A DNA stretch of 43,044 bases, taken from the NCBI GenBank assembly GCA_035628175.1, contig DASPKH010000206.1, positions 1 to 43,044 on the forward strand, in the 5' to 3' direction. The notes below the pieces were generated by a model. The model did no database searches, was not told the DNA's origin, and was given only the letters and a program-made list of their open reading frames with translations. Position numbers and translations under genes: made by a program. Position 1 is the stretch's first letter, and every line of letters starts with the position of its first letter. Source of the DNA: Patescibacteria group bacterium (GTDB lineage Bacteria; Bacteroidota; Ignavibacteria; Kapaibacteriales; DASPKH01). Below, piece by piece: positions 24,918 through 34,234 of the stretch.

Positions 24918-26204
24918 TTACCGCGACCACGCTTTTTCCCGCGTAATCCGCTCGACGCCCGCCATGTACGGTTTTAAAACTTCCGGCACAAGTACGCTGC
25001 CGTCTGCCTGCTGGTAATTTTCCAGGATAGCGATAATCGCGCGTGGCACTGCGACAGCCGTTCCGTTCAGCGTGTGAACGAACTGAAGATTATTTTCATC
25101 ATCGCGATAACGGATGTTCAGGCGGCGGCTCTGGAATTCCGTGCAGTTGCTCGTGCTTGTCACTTCGCCAAAATCCCCGCGCGACGGCATCCACGCTTCA
25201 AGGTCGTATTTGCGGTAGGCTGGTGCACCGAGGTCACCCGTCGGAATATCAATCACGCGGAAGCAAAGCCCCAGGTCTTTAAAAATTTCGATCTCGATGT
25301 CGCGCATTTCTTCGTGCACACGCTCGCTATCCTCCGGCGCGGTGAAGGCAAACATCTCTACTTTTGAAAACTGGTGAACGCGGTACAGGCCGCGTGACTC
25401 CTTGCCATACGCACCGGATTCTGTGCGAAAACAGTGTGAGAATCCTCCCATTTTTACCGGTAGTTCTTTTTTTTGCAAAATTTTATCTTTTAAAAATCCC
25501 CCAAGCGTGATTTCAGCTGTTCCGACGAGGCACAAATCCGAATCCGCAACGCTGTAGACTTGGGTTTCCTCACCACGCGGGTTGAAACCGATTGCTTCCA
25601 GGATATTTATGCGCGCAAGGTCAGGCGTCAGGTATGGCGTAAAACCTCTTTTTAAAAGTTTCGCCATTGCGTAATTTATCAAAGCAAGTTCGAGCAGTGC
25701 GCCTTCATTTTTTAAATAATAGAACTTCTGGCCACTCACCTGTGCCGCATTTTCAAAATCTAAAAGGTCAAGTTCCTGTCCAAGCGTAACGTGGTCTTTC
25801 GGCTCAAAGTCGAATTTTGGCGGATCACCAACAGTTTTTAAAAGTGTGAACTCGCCTTCCATTCCAACGGGAACATCAGGATGTGTCATATTCGGGATGT
25901 TTTTAAAAGCCGTGTTGAATTCCGCGTCCAGCATTTCAATTTGCGCCTCAAGCGTCGCGAGCGATTCCTTTATTTCCTTACCGCGAAGGATAAGACCATT
26001 GCGCTCTTCCGGTTCAAGCTTCGACTTCATTTTCTGCGACGACACGTTACGCTCGGCCCGCAGCGACTCCACTTCCTGCAGAATTGCTACGCGATCGCTA
26101 TATAGTTTTAAGACTTTTTCGGGATCAGCATTTTTAATGCCGCGATTCTGAATATTAGTTTTGACAGCGTCAAGGTTTTCACGGATAAATTTAATATCAA
26201 GCAT
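24918..26204 (-). CDS. serS: Seryl-tRNA synthetase
   Basis: ATG at 26204 gives MLDIKFIRENLDAVK. N-terminal coiled-coil arm, plus class-II motifs GFSHCFRTE, RVHQFSKVE and LNGTAVAVPRAI. The track start at 26315 adds an implausible hydrophobic leader. Confidence 0.95.
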   Translation of the reverse strand: MLDIKFIRENLDAVKTNIQNRGIKNADPEKVLKLYSDRVAILQEVESLRAERNVSSQKMKSKLEPEERNGLILRGKEIKESLATLEAQIEMLDAEFNTAFKNIPNMTHPDVPVGMEGEFTLLKTVGDPPKFDFEPKDHVTLGQELDLLDFENAAQVSGQKFYYLKNEGALLELALINYAMAKLLKRGFTPYLTPDLARINILEAIGFNPRGEETQVYSVADSDLCLVGTAEITLGGFLKDKILQKKELPVKMGGFSHCFRTESGAYGKESRGLYRVHQFSKVEMFAFTAPEDSERVHEEMRDIEIEIFKDLGLCFRVIDIPTGDLGAPAYRKYDLEAWMPSRGDFGEVTSTSNCTEFQSRRLNIRYRDDENNLQFVHTLNGTAVAVPRAIIAILENYQQADGSVLVPEVLKPYMAGVERITREKAWSR

Positions 26205-26285
26205 TTTTAAGAGGAAAAAAGTAAAAGTAAAAGTTGCAATGGGTAAATGTATTTTTAAAAGCTCAAAGCTCACCGCGCAATAAAA

Positions 26286-26293
26286 CAAAAATA
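26286..26293 (-). promoter_or_regulatory. Candidate -7 box (TAnnTTTG) for serS
   Basis: The plus strand reads CAAAAATA, which is TATTTTTG on the minus strand. It lies ~85 nt upstream of the serS ATG. Confidence 0.25.
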
Positions 26294-26342
26294 CGATGAA
26301 GCCGCAAAACTTCACCGTATGAAAAATAAAACTTTTTAGAAA

Positions 26343-27105
26343 CTATGGACGATCACGGTGCAACGCCGCGCGGACTTCCTCACGAAGCAACGCAATTTCA
26401 TCCCGCAGTTCATTGAGCGAAACCTTACCCTCTTCTTTGTCAATTTCCTTGTCGCGCCCGACAAAAAATGAAGCCAGCGTTGCTGTCACATAGCCAAAAA
26501 CCGTAAAAGCATACAGCGCCAGAACAATACAAAGAATGCGGCCTTCCGGCGTTTCTGGCCAGTATGCCGAGCCCATCGTCGTCATGATCATCGCCGTCCA
26601 CCATAGCGCCGTACCGTAATTCTCAATACCGCGGCTGTGATTTTCAAAAGCCAGCATTCCGGCCGCTCCGGCGAATGTCACAATTGCGGTCAGCGCTATC
26701 ACGTACACGAATCCACGTCGCTGCATTGTCCTTCCAAGTGAACCCATGCTGCGGTTTACGGACGTCACCACGCGTACAAGCCGTACGCCGCGTAGCACTT
26801 GCGCTATCCTGATAATAAGCAGGGCGGGAAGAATGAGCGCCAGTATTGTCAGCCAGTTGCGTTTAATATAGCTCAGCTTTTGGGGGCGAGGAAAAATTTT
26901 AAAAGAAAATCAAGGATAAAAGTTCCCCAAATCGCCAGTCCAAGCCATTCTAAAAATGGTGAAAGCCCCCAGATAACTTCAGCGATCAGCAGCCCGAGCC
27001 ATACAAAACTCAGCACCAGCATCGGTGCTTCAAGCCAGTCTTCTAGCTTCGTGAGTATCTCATAGTGCTCCCTTTCAATCTTTCTTTCTCCGGGAGTGGA
27101 TTCAT
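26343..27105 (-). pseudogene. Voltage-gated-type (6TM-like) cation channel gene with a frameshift in a C5A4 run
   Basis: The downstream frame gives ...KLSYIKRNWLTILALILPALLIIRIAQVLRGVRLVRVV (S4-like), a pore TALWWTAMIMTTMGSAYWPETPEGR and a C-terminal coiled coil. The upstream frame gives HYEILTKLEDWLEAPMLVLSFVWLGLLIAEVIWGLSPFLEWLGLAIWGTFILDFLLKFFLAPKS*. The frames join if 1 nt is added at 26877-26886 (plus-strand CTTTTGGGGG). The start is ambiguous: the ATG at 27105 is in yet another frame. Confidence 0.6.
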
Positions 27106-27137
27106 AAGCCCTCTCTCTTTGAGAAACTTTTTAAAAC

Positions 27138-27866
27138 CTATGGAGCTTTCGTTGTATCTTTTTTCAACTGCTCTGGCGGTTTATTGCATGGATTAGCTAT
27201 GATCGCACGGCCACGTTCCACAAATGCTTTGCGCGCTGGAATATCTTCAATGTTCTCCAATACCTGTAACCCAACTTCATCCAGCTTTTTAATCCGAACA
27301 CTTACCAGCTCAAGTTGCTTTTTATTTTCTTCCTCACGGTCTTTTTTATATTTTTCCAGCAATTGCTGCGCCTTTTCCAGTGGGATAAGGATCGCCGCAA
27401 TATTCTGCTTCCGCCGTGCCTCCTGCTCAAAAACCTCGATCCGCGCTTTAAAAGCATCTATCTTTGGTTTATTCGCCGCAAGCTTCTCATCGCGGAATTT
27501 TCTGTAGGCGTCCATGTATTTCGTCGTATCGCCGTTGTGTTTCTTATCCAGTGTGCGCCGGAAATTTGAGATTTGTGTATTCACTGCGCCCTCTGAATTC
27601 TTAATCCGGCTTTTTAAATAATTTGTTTGCACATCATACCATGCGCGCTCCTTCGCCAGCTTTGGCGTAAGGTCTTTAATAATGCTATCCTGCGTATTGA
27701 TGCGTTTTGCAAACCGCGCATACACTTTTTCCGTCACCTGCGACGAATCGCACATTGCTGCCTGGAAATCCTTCATCCACTCATCGGGCGTTGGCATCGG
27801 ATTTCTAAAATAATAAAACGCGCCGATGGCAGCTGCCAGAAGCGCTATGATCAAAAATCGTTTCAT
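27138..27866 (-). CDS. Membrane-anchored coiled-coil protein (hypothetical)
   Basis: ATG at 27866 gives MKRFLIIALLAAAIGAFYYF. The remainder is Lys/Glu-rich and predicted helical. Ends ~30 nt upstream of the channel gene. Confidence 0.6.
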   Translation of the reverse strand: MKRFLIIALLAAAIGAFYYFRNPMPTPDEWMKDFQAAMCDSSQVTEKVYARFAKRINTQDSIIKDLTPKLAKERAWYDVQTNYLKSRIKNSEGAVNTQISNFRRTLDKKHNGDTTKYMDAYRKFRDEKLAANKPKIDAFKARIEVFEQEARRKQNIAAILIPLEKAQQLLEKYKKDREEENKKQLELVSVRIKKLDEVGLQVLENIEDIPARKAFVERGRAIIANPCNKPPEQLKKDTTKAP

Positions 27867-28076
27867 GAGCTCGTATGTTCGGTTGGACAATCACGCGAAA
27901 ATAACACACTTTTAAACGAAATGGTTTTAAAAACGAATTTTTTACAAGAAAAAGAACGTTGGTGCTTTTTTAAAAACGTTTTAGGTGCGATCGTATATCA
28001 TTCCGGCAGCAGTTGGCGGCCACCCGTCGCCCCGGGTGACCATTTTAAAGAACCGATCAACAACCATAGTCTGCTC

Positions 28077-29555
28077 CTACTTCAGCCGTGCAATTTCCCG
28101 CTTCACCTGCCGCTGCAAATACGCCTCATTTTCAAAATCTTTAAAAGAAAGTGCCTTTTGAAAACTCTGCCGCGCAGCAGCAGCATCACCGTCTTTGGCC
28201 TGTGCAAGACCCATGTGGTAGTACGCAAATGGCGTCACCCATTCATCGCCTTCCGCCTTTAAAAGTACTGCTTTTAAAAACCGTGATTCAGCAGCAGTAT
28301 AATTTCCCTTTTCGAAAAATGCGCGCCCGGCTGTATACTCCAATTGCGCTTTCGCACTTTCAGGCAGCGCGTTTTTTAAAAACTCTGACGCAGTAGCATA
28401 TGCCTCATCATACAGGCCAGCTTTAAAAAGATTTTCCGCCTTCAACACTGCCATATCGCCGGTCGTCATTGCTGTTCTTAAAAGCTTCATTGCTTCATCG
28501 CTTCCGGTTGCATTACGGTAATACGGGATCGCCGCCGCACGATTTCCTGAAAGCTCCTCGATCATGCCGAGGTGCAGATTCGCTTCGCGAACCGTCACAG
28601 CATTAAAATTTCCTGCCACTGCTTTTTTAAAAAGATCTTCTGCCGTTGCAAAATCATTGTGAAAAAAGCTCGCTGCTCCAAGAATATAGTTTGCTTCGGC
28701 CATGATTTTCGCGCGTTCGGCAGGGGGGATTTCAGCAATATTCAGCAGAATCAGCTTTGCGTGCATGATGGCATCGTTGCTTTTCCGCATGTTGTTTAGC
28801 AGGAGTTGTGCCAGCTGCAATCGAAACCACCCGTTCTTTGGGTACAACGTTGTCAACATATTTAGGTGAATATGAGCCCGCTGGAAATTTTCCTCACTTT
28901 GATAGAATGATGCCAACCAGGCACGCGCTTCTGCCTTGCTATACACAGCACTTTGAACAGCCGCTTCAAGATTTCTAAAACCTTCTGCGCGATTACCAGA
29001 AAGCCCTGCAAGGCTCAACGCCGGTTTTAAAAACGCGGGCGACTGCGCAATAAGATACTGGAAAAGTCCAAGCCCCATGCGCGCATCAGCATTATTGCTA
29101 TCGGCCTCGAGCGACTGCTCCAGATAGCTAAATGCCTTTTTGCTATCTGAAACAGCGTCCAGATGCTTTTCTGCCTTGTAATGTAAAAGGCTGCGATACC
29201 CAAGCATCCCACCCATATAAAAAAGTGCGCGGGAATCCCTCGGATTATTTTTTAAGAGCCGTGTGCATACCTGCTCCACCTGCTGCGAAAATTTTAAAAA
29301 CTGCGTATAATCTGCTGCATCGCCACCATTGCTAAAGCGTGTGTAATACAGCATCGTTTTATAATAATAACCGCGCGGATCACCAGGTGCAAGCTTTATC
29401 ACTGTGTTGCAGCCTGTTTCAGCTTCAGCGTAGCGCAGGTTATATAGATCCTCAATTGCCGCCGATGTTGCTGTGTGAACCTTAGCCCAGTCGCTATTCT
29501 GTGCAGGCGCCGGGACTTGTAAAAAGAGAGATATGACGAGAAGGATGAATTTCAT
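28077..29555 (-). CDS. Secreted TPR-repeat protein, paralog A
   Basis: Signal peptide MKFILLVISLFLQVPAPAQ and multiple TPR-like A/Y/F-rich helical repeats. Collinear with 30945-32429 (DWAKVHT...LYN.R..EAET.CN..IK.APGDPRG). Confidence 0.8.
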   Translation of the reverse strand: MKFILLVISLFLQVPAPAQNSDWAKVHTATSAAIEDLYNLRYAEAETGCNTVIKLAPGDPRGYYYKTMLYYTRFSNGGDAADYTQFLKFSQQVEQVCTRLLKNNPRDSRALFYMGGMLGYRSLLHYKAEKHLDAVSDSKKAFSYLEQSLEADSNNADARMGLGLFQYLIAQSPAFLKPALSLAGLSGNRAEGFRNLEAAVQSAVYSKAEARAWLASFYQSEENFQRAHIHLNMLTTLYPKNGWFRLQLAQLLLNNMRKSNDAIMHAKLILLNIAEIPPAERAKIMAEANYILGAASFFHNDFATAEDLFKKAVAGNFNAVTVREANLHLGMIEELSGNRAAAIPYYRNATGSDEAMKLLRTAMTTGDMAVLKAENLFKAGLYDEAYATASEFLKNALPESAKAQLEYTAGRAFFEKGNYTAAESRFLKAVLLKAEGDEWVTPFAYYHMGLAQAKDGDAAAARQSFQKALSFKDFENEAYLQRQVKREIARLK

Positions 29556-29717
29556 ATATTATCCAAAACGATGATCAACAGAGCCAACAAGATACAACGT
29601 AACTCTTTTAAAAACAAACATTGTGGTTTTATTATACAGGAAAAGACTAAACTTTTTGGACGGACAACGGGTTTCGATTGTTTGTAGAAGTAACGAACAT
29701 GAATAAAAGAATGAATT

Positions 29718-30893
29718 ATGATAAAGCTCACTCAACTTTTTAAAGAATTCTTTGAAAGCGAAAAGTCCGGCGGTATGACGCTTATTGTCTGCGCAGCGCT
29801 TTCGCTTATTTTGGCAAATACTCCACTTAGCGATTCATATATCGGGCTCTGGAATACCTATATCGGGGGATACAGCCTCGCGCACTGGATCAATGATGGT
29901 TTGATGGCGATATTCTTCCTGCTTGTGGGGCTGGAATTGGAGCGCGAAGTGTACGTGGGCGAAATGTCTAATTTCCGTGACGCATCGCTGCCCCTGTTTT
30001 CAGCATTGGGAGGCATGATGATGCCTGCAGGGATTTTCCTGCTGTTCAATTACGGACTGGTAACACAGGATGGAGTGGGGATTCCTACAGCTACAGATAT
30101 TGCATTTGCCATAGGGATTCTCTCACTTCTTGGCAACCGAGTTCCAGCATCTTTAAAAGTTTTGCTTACTGCAATGGCAGTAATTGATGACCTTGGTGCA
30201 ATCATCGTTATAGCGCTTTTTTACACAACATCACTGAGTATGGTGAATCTTGGTATTGCGCTTGGGATTTTCGCCCTGCTGCTGGTGCTCAATCGCATGA
30301 AAGTGCATTCGCTGATCCCATATCTGCTGGGCGGCGCGGCAATGTGGTATTTTATGCTGAATTCTGGCGTTCATGCCACAATCACCGGCGTACTTCTAGC
30401 GTTTGCCATTCCATTCGGCAATGGCGATAAGAACTCGCCTTCATATGGACTTCAACACAATCTCCACATTCCTGTTGCGTTTGGAATTTTACCGATATTC
30501 GCGTTGGCAAATACGGCAATTCCTATCGCGGGCGACTGGTACACAAGCCTTACACAAAGCAACAGTCTTGGAATTATGCTCGGCTTACTCATTGGTAAAC
30601 CCATTGGCGCAACGCTCTTCAGCTTTATTGCCGTCATGATTGGCGTTGCTACTCTGCCGAAAACTATCAACTGGAAGCACGTTATTGGCGTCGGATTTCT
30701 TGCGGGCATTGGTTTTACAATGGCCATTTTTATTACGGTGCTTGCCTACGACGATGCGGAACTGGTGAATAATTCCAAAATAGCAGTTCTCGTTGGCTCG
30801 CTCATTGCTGCTACAATAGGATACGTCTGGCTTAGAATGACGCTCCCATCACCCATTCCGGAAGAAGTGGTGATTGAAATGCATAGTTGTTAA
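29718..30893 (+). CDS. nhaA: Na+/H+ antiporter NhaA
   Basis: Twelve-TM profile. HWINDGLMAIFFLLVGLELEREV and the AVIDDLGAIIVIALFY Asp-Asp motif are characteristic of NhaA. Confidence 0.95.
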   Translation: MIKLTQLFKEFFESEKSGGMTLIVCAALSLILANTPLSDSYIGLWNTYIGGYSLAHWINDGLMAIFFLLVGLELEREVYVGEMSNFRDASLPLFSALGGMMMPAGIFLLFNYGLVTQDGVGIPTATDIAFAIGILSLLGNRVPASLKVLLTAMAVIDDLGAIIVIALFYTTSLSMVNLGIALGIFALLLVLNRMKVHSLIPYLLGGAAMWYFMLNSGVHATITGVLLAFAIPFGNGDKNSPSYGLQHNLHIPVAFGILPIFALANTAIPIAGDWYTSLTQSNSLGIMLGLLIGKPIGATLFSFIAVMIGVATLPKTINWKHVIGVGFLAGIGFTMAIFITVLAYDDAELVNNSKIAVLVGSLIAATIGYVWLRMTLPSPIPEEVVIEMHSC

Positions 30894-30903
30894 AGATTCA
30901 ACT

Positions 30904-30937
30904 AAAAAAAACGGAGTTTTAAAAGACTCCGGTTTTT
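30904..30937. terminator. Bidirectional hairpin between nhaA and TPR paralog B
   Basis: A8 run, CGGAGT (30912-30917) / ACTCCG (30926-30931) around a TTTAAAAG loop, then GTTTTT. Confidence 0.55.
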
Positions 30938-30944
30938 CATTATA

Positions 30945-32429
30945 CTATAGCTTAATCCTTTTCAGCTCGCTATTTATTTCGTTTCGCAGATATTCTTCCT
31001 GCTCAAAATCTTTAAATGTCAGAGCTTTTTCAAAATTTTGCTTTGCTTCAGCTTTCTTTCCGGCTTTTACCTGCGCCAGCCCCATGCGGTAGTACGAAAA
31101 AGGCGTTATCCAAATGTGCTCCTGGGGTTTGAAAGAAACTGCTCTTAAAAATCGCTGTTCGGCCTCGCCATAGTTTCCCTGTTCAAAATACGCACGTGCG
31201 GCAATATATTCCAGTCGCGCCTTACTGTCCTCATTCAATACGGTTTTTAAAGCTTCATTCGCTCCCGCAATTGCCTGTGCGTAATAGCCACCACGAACAA
31301 AACTTTCTATTTTTACAATAGTGATCTCAGCTGCTGACATCGGTTTTTGAAGAAGCTTTTTGACATCTTCGCGCGAGGAGTTTGCTTTTTTATAATATTC
31401 TACAGCAGTGCTTCTGTTGCCGGAAATTTCATGGATCAGGCCAAGCTGCAAATTGGCTTCATGGACGAAATTCTGCTGGGAATTATCCACAACTATTTTT
31501 TGAAAATAGGGAATTGCATCAGTGAAATTATTTTTAAAAACACTTCTCAGCCCCAAACCTAGATTTGCCACATTTTTAAAAATCGGGCGAAATTCCTTTG
31601 GCGCAGTTTCTACAGAAATCAGCAGCTTTTCAGCGTGTATGGCGGCTTCATCCGCCCGATTCATCGAGAAGAGCAGGAGCTGTCCGATGCGAACACGAAA
31701 CCATCCATTCTGCGGATACTGGTTCACAAGCGTGTTGAGGTGCGAGTATGCGCGTGTGTTAGCATCTTCCGATGCGTAAAATCCTGCAAGCCATGTGCGC
31801 GCCTCCGCCTGCGTGTAAATACCATTTTTTGCGGCATATTCCATTTGCTTCAGCCCTTGAGATTTGCTGCCGCCAAGCCCCGCAAGTTTTAAAGCGGGCT
31901 GCGCAAATGATGGTGCTTGCGAAATAAGATAGTTGAAAAGCCCGAGTCCGAACTGCACATCCCGGTTTGTGGAATCCGCTTTGTAGGCGTCTTCCAGCAG
32001 GCCAACAGCTTTTTTGCCATCCCACACAGCATCCATCAGTTGTTCGTTTTTAAACTTGGCCAAGCCGCGATAACCTAAGATCCCGCCGAGATAAAACATC
32101 GCTTTATCATCTTTAGGATTGTTTTTTAAAAGCCGCTCACAGACCTTTTCAATATTGTAGGTCACCTGCAAAAACCTGTCATAATCAACCTTATTATTCG
32201 AATAATTATACTTTGAATAGTGGATCATCGCTTTAAAAAAGTGTCCGCGCGGATCACCTGGTGCCATTTTAATAATTTCATTACATGTAGTTTCCGCTTC
32301 ATCAAAACGAATATTGTAGAGATGGTCAATCGCCGACATCGTCATCGTATGTACTTTTGCCCAGTCAGTTGTTTGAGCTTGAGCGGAAATTGTTAAAAGA
32401 AAGAATATGGCGGCTACAAGTGATTTCAT
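30945..32429 (-). CDS. Secreted TPR-repeat protein, paralog B
   Basis: Signal peptide MKSLVAAIFFLLTISAQAQ. Collinear homology to 28077-29555 along its full length. Confidence 0.8.
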   Translation of the reverse strand: MKSLVAAIFFLLTISAQAQTTDWAKVHTMTMSAIDHLYNIRFDEAETTCNEIIKMAPGDPRGHFFKAMIHYSKYNYSNNKVDYDRFLQVTYNIEKVCERLLKNNPKDDKAMFYLGGILGYRGLAKFKNEQLMDAVWDGKKAVGLLEDAYKADSTNRDVQFGLGLFNYLISQAPSFAQPALKLAGLGGSKSQGLKQMEYAAKNGIYTQAEARTWLAGFYASEDANTRAYSHLNTLVNQYPQNGWFRVRIGQLLLFSMNRADEAAIHAEKLLISVETAPKEFRPIFKNVANLGLGLRSVFKNNFTDAIPYFQKIVVDNSQQNFVHEANLQLGLIHEISGNRSTAVEYYKKANSSREDVKKLLQKPMSAAEITIVKIESFVRGGYYAQAIAGANEALKTVLNEDSKARLEYIAARAYFEQGNYGEAEQRFLRAVSFKPQEHIWITPFSYYRMGLAQVKAGKKAEAKQNFEKALTFKDFEQEEYLRNEINSELKRIKL

Positions 32430-32944
32430 TAGTTTAAATAAGTTATTACAGCTTGCTGATTGATAGCAGCTTCATTATAAAATGATTTTAGATTGATAGC
32501 ATATTCCAATAAAAATTCTAAAATCTTTGGGTCTTTATCCCAAATTGCAGGATAAACACCTTCATCCATCATTACTTGAGAATTGAAGTTTTGTTTCAAA
32601 TCTTCGACTGAAATATTTTCAAGTATTTTGTTCAGTTCGATTACTTGTTCAGGCATAAGATAAAATGCTGGCCCACATCCAAAATCCAGTTCCTTTATTG
32701 GTTTCCCAGATAAGAAAATCCATGAGAGTGGAGGTAATATATCATCAGCGTCTGAAAATGAATGTTTAGTAAATAGAAAGCAAACTCCTCCCCACATCTT
32801 ATCTAATTCTAAAAGGTTTGGATGATTGCTTTCTGAAAGATGATCACTTTCTGGAAAGAGCACCTCTACAAGTAATCTGCTATCTTGAATGTAGTTTTGC
32901 AGCTCTGTTAAGTTAACGCGGAGTAAACTACCTACCATTCCCAT
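32429..32944 (-). CDS. YfbM-like (DUF1877) protein
   Basis: ATG at 32944 gives MGMVGSLLRVNLTELQ. LDKMWGGVCFLF and the overall length parallel E. coli YfbM (MGMIGYF...DKRWDFLHF). The stop overlaps the start of TPR paralog B (TAATG). AT-rich: a sampled line is ~37% GC. Confidence 0.65.
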   Translation of the reverse strand: MGMVGSLLRVNLTELQNYIQDSRLLVEVLFPESDHLSESNHPNLLELDKMWGGVCFLFTKHSFSDADDILPPLSWIFLSGKPIKELDFGCGPAFYLMPEQVIELNKILENISVEDLKQNFNSQVMMDEGVYPAIWDKDPKILEFLLEYAINLKSFYNEAAINQQAVITYLN

Positions 32945-32989
32945 ATAAATTCTCTTTTCTGTAAAAAAGAAATTTACAATAGAACTTTC

Positions 32990-33028
32990 TAAAAACAAAA
33001 AAAAGCCGAAGTTTTAAAAACTCCGGCT
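32990..33028 (-). terminator. Intrinsic terminator after ald
   Basis: The plus strand reads AGCCGAAG TTTTAAAAA CTCCGGCT (2 mismatches). On the minus strand the hairpin is followed by TTTTTTTTGTTTTT. Confidence 0.6.
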
Positions 33029-33058
33029 TTAAAAATCTGAAAGCTCACTGCCCAAAGC

Positions 33059-34174
33059 TTAGTTCAGAGAAGGCTCAGTTTCTTTGTATGGCATATCAAA
33101 TGCTTCAGCAACTGCTTTGTACACGATATCGCCGCCAACAACATTCAGGCCATAATACAATTCTTTATTATCGCGAGTTGCAGCTTCCCAGCCTTTGTTC
33201 GCTAGTTGAAGGGCATATGGAAGAGTTGCGTTTGTAAGCGCGATAGTCGAAGTGTACGGTACTGCGCCCGGCATATTCGCTACGCAGTAGTGAACCACGT
33301 CGTCCACAACGTATGTTGGGTTTTCGTGCGTGGTCGGCTTGCAGGTTTCGATGCAACCGCCCTGGTCAACAGATACGTCTACCACAACGCTGCCTTTTTT
33401 CATATCGCCGAGCATTTCGCGCGTTACGAGATACGGAGCTTTCGCGCCAGGGATCAAAACCGCGCCAATGACAAGATCTGCATCTTTTAAAGCTGCGCGG
33501 ATGTTTGCCGGAGTGGACATGATCGTGTTCACATTTTTCGGCATTACATCATCGAGGTAGCGCAGGCGATACAGGTTATTGTCAAAGATTGAAACATTTG
33601 CTCCAAAGCCCGCCGCGATTTTCGCAGCATTCGTGCCAACGATACCGCCGCCCAGCACCATGACGTTCGCCGGCTGCGTTCCCGGAACGCCACCAAGCAG
33701 TACGCCGCGTCCGCCCATTGTGCGCTCAAGATATTTCGCGCCTTCCTGCGGAGCCATACGTCCGGCCACTTCGCTCATCGGGATCAGGAGCGGAAGCGAA
33801 CCGTCTGTGCGCATTACTGTTTCATACGCAATCGCAATACATTTTGAAGCTACCATCGCTTCTGTCAAAGGGCGAGAAGCAGCAAAGTGGAAGTATGTAA
33901 AGAGTATCTGCCCTTCACGAATCAGGTTATATTCCGGCTCAATCGGCTCTTTCACTTTCATGATCATTTCCGCTTGAGCGAAAACTTCTGCAGCACTTTT
34001 TACAATTTCCGCACCAACAGCACGATAATCATCATCTTCATAGCCCGAGCCGACGCCCGCATGTGTTTCCACCAAAACTGTATGTCCATTCTGACGAAGA
34101 AGGTCAGCGCCGCCCGGCGTAAGGGCTACGCGGTTCTCGTTTGTTTTAATCTCGCGAGGAACTCCGATAATCAT
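33059..34174 (-). CDS. ald: Alanine dehydrogenase
   Basis: MIIGVPREIKTNENRVALTPGG, the NAD-binding VLGGGIVGTNAAKIA and a length of 371 aa. Confidence 0.95.
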   Translation of the reverse strand: MIIGVPREIKTNENRVALTPGGADLLRQNGHTVLVETHAGVGSGYEDDDYRAVGAEIVKSAAEVFAQAEMIMKVKEPIEPEYNLIREGQILFTYFHFAASRPLTEAMVASKCIAIAYETVMRTDGSLPLLIPMSEVAGRMAPQEGAKYLERTMGGRGVLLGGVPGTQPANVMVLGGGIVGTNAAKIAAGFGANVSIFDNNLYRLRYLDDVMPKNVNTIMSTPANIRAALKDADLVIGAVLIPGAKAPYLVTREMLGDMKKGSVVVDVSVDQGGCIETCKPTTHENPTYVVDDVVHYCVANMPGAVPYTSTIALTNATLPYALQLANKGWEAATRDNKELYYGLNVVGGDIVYKAVAEAFDMPYKETEPSLN

Positions 34175-34226
34175 TGGTATTTCCTTTTAAAAATTGGTTT
34201 TTAAAAACATTTGAAATTCAGAAGTC

Positions 34227-34234
34227 CAAAAATA
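34227..34234 (-). promoter_or_regulatory. Candidate -7 box (TAnnTTTG) for ald
   Basis: The plus strand reads CAAAAATA, which is TATTTTTG on the minus strand. It lies ~55 nt upstream of the ald ATG. Confidence 0.25.

Noticed and set aside
26799-27065. Plus-strand 88-aa ORF
   Set aside because: It is antisense to the N-terminal half of the channel gene. The minus strand gives a convincing run of TM helices (LVLSFVWLGLLIAEVIWGLSPFLEWLGLAIWGTFILDFLLKFF).
27627-28262. Plus-strand 211-aa ORF spanning the 27138-27866 gene start, a spacer and the 3' end of TPR paralog A
   Set aside because: It crosses an intergenic region and is antisense to two well-supported minus-strand genes. It has no recognisable domains.
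29660-29700. tRNA-like T-arm resemblance (GGGTTTCGATTG) in the TPR/nhaA divergent spacer
   Set aside because: It lacks the GTTCGAATC consensus, and no acceptor or anticodon stems can be drawn around it.
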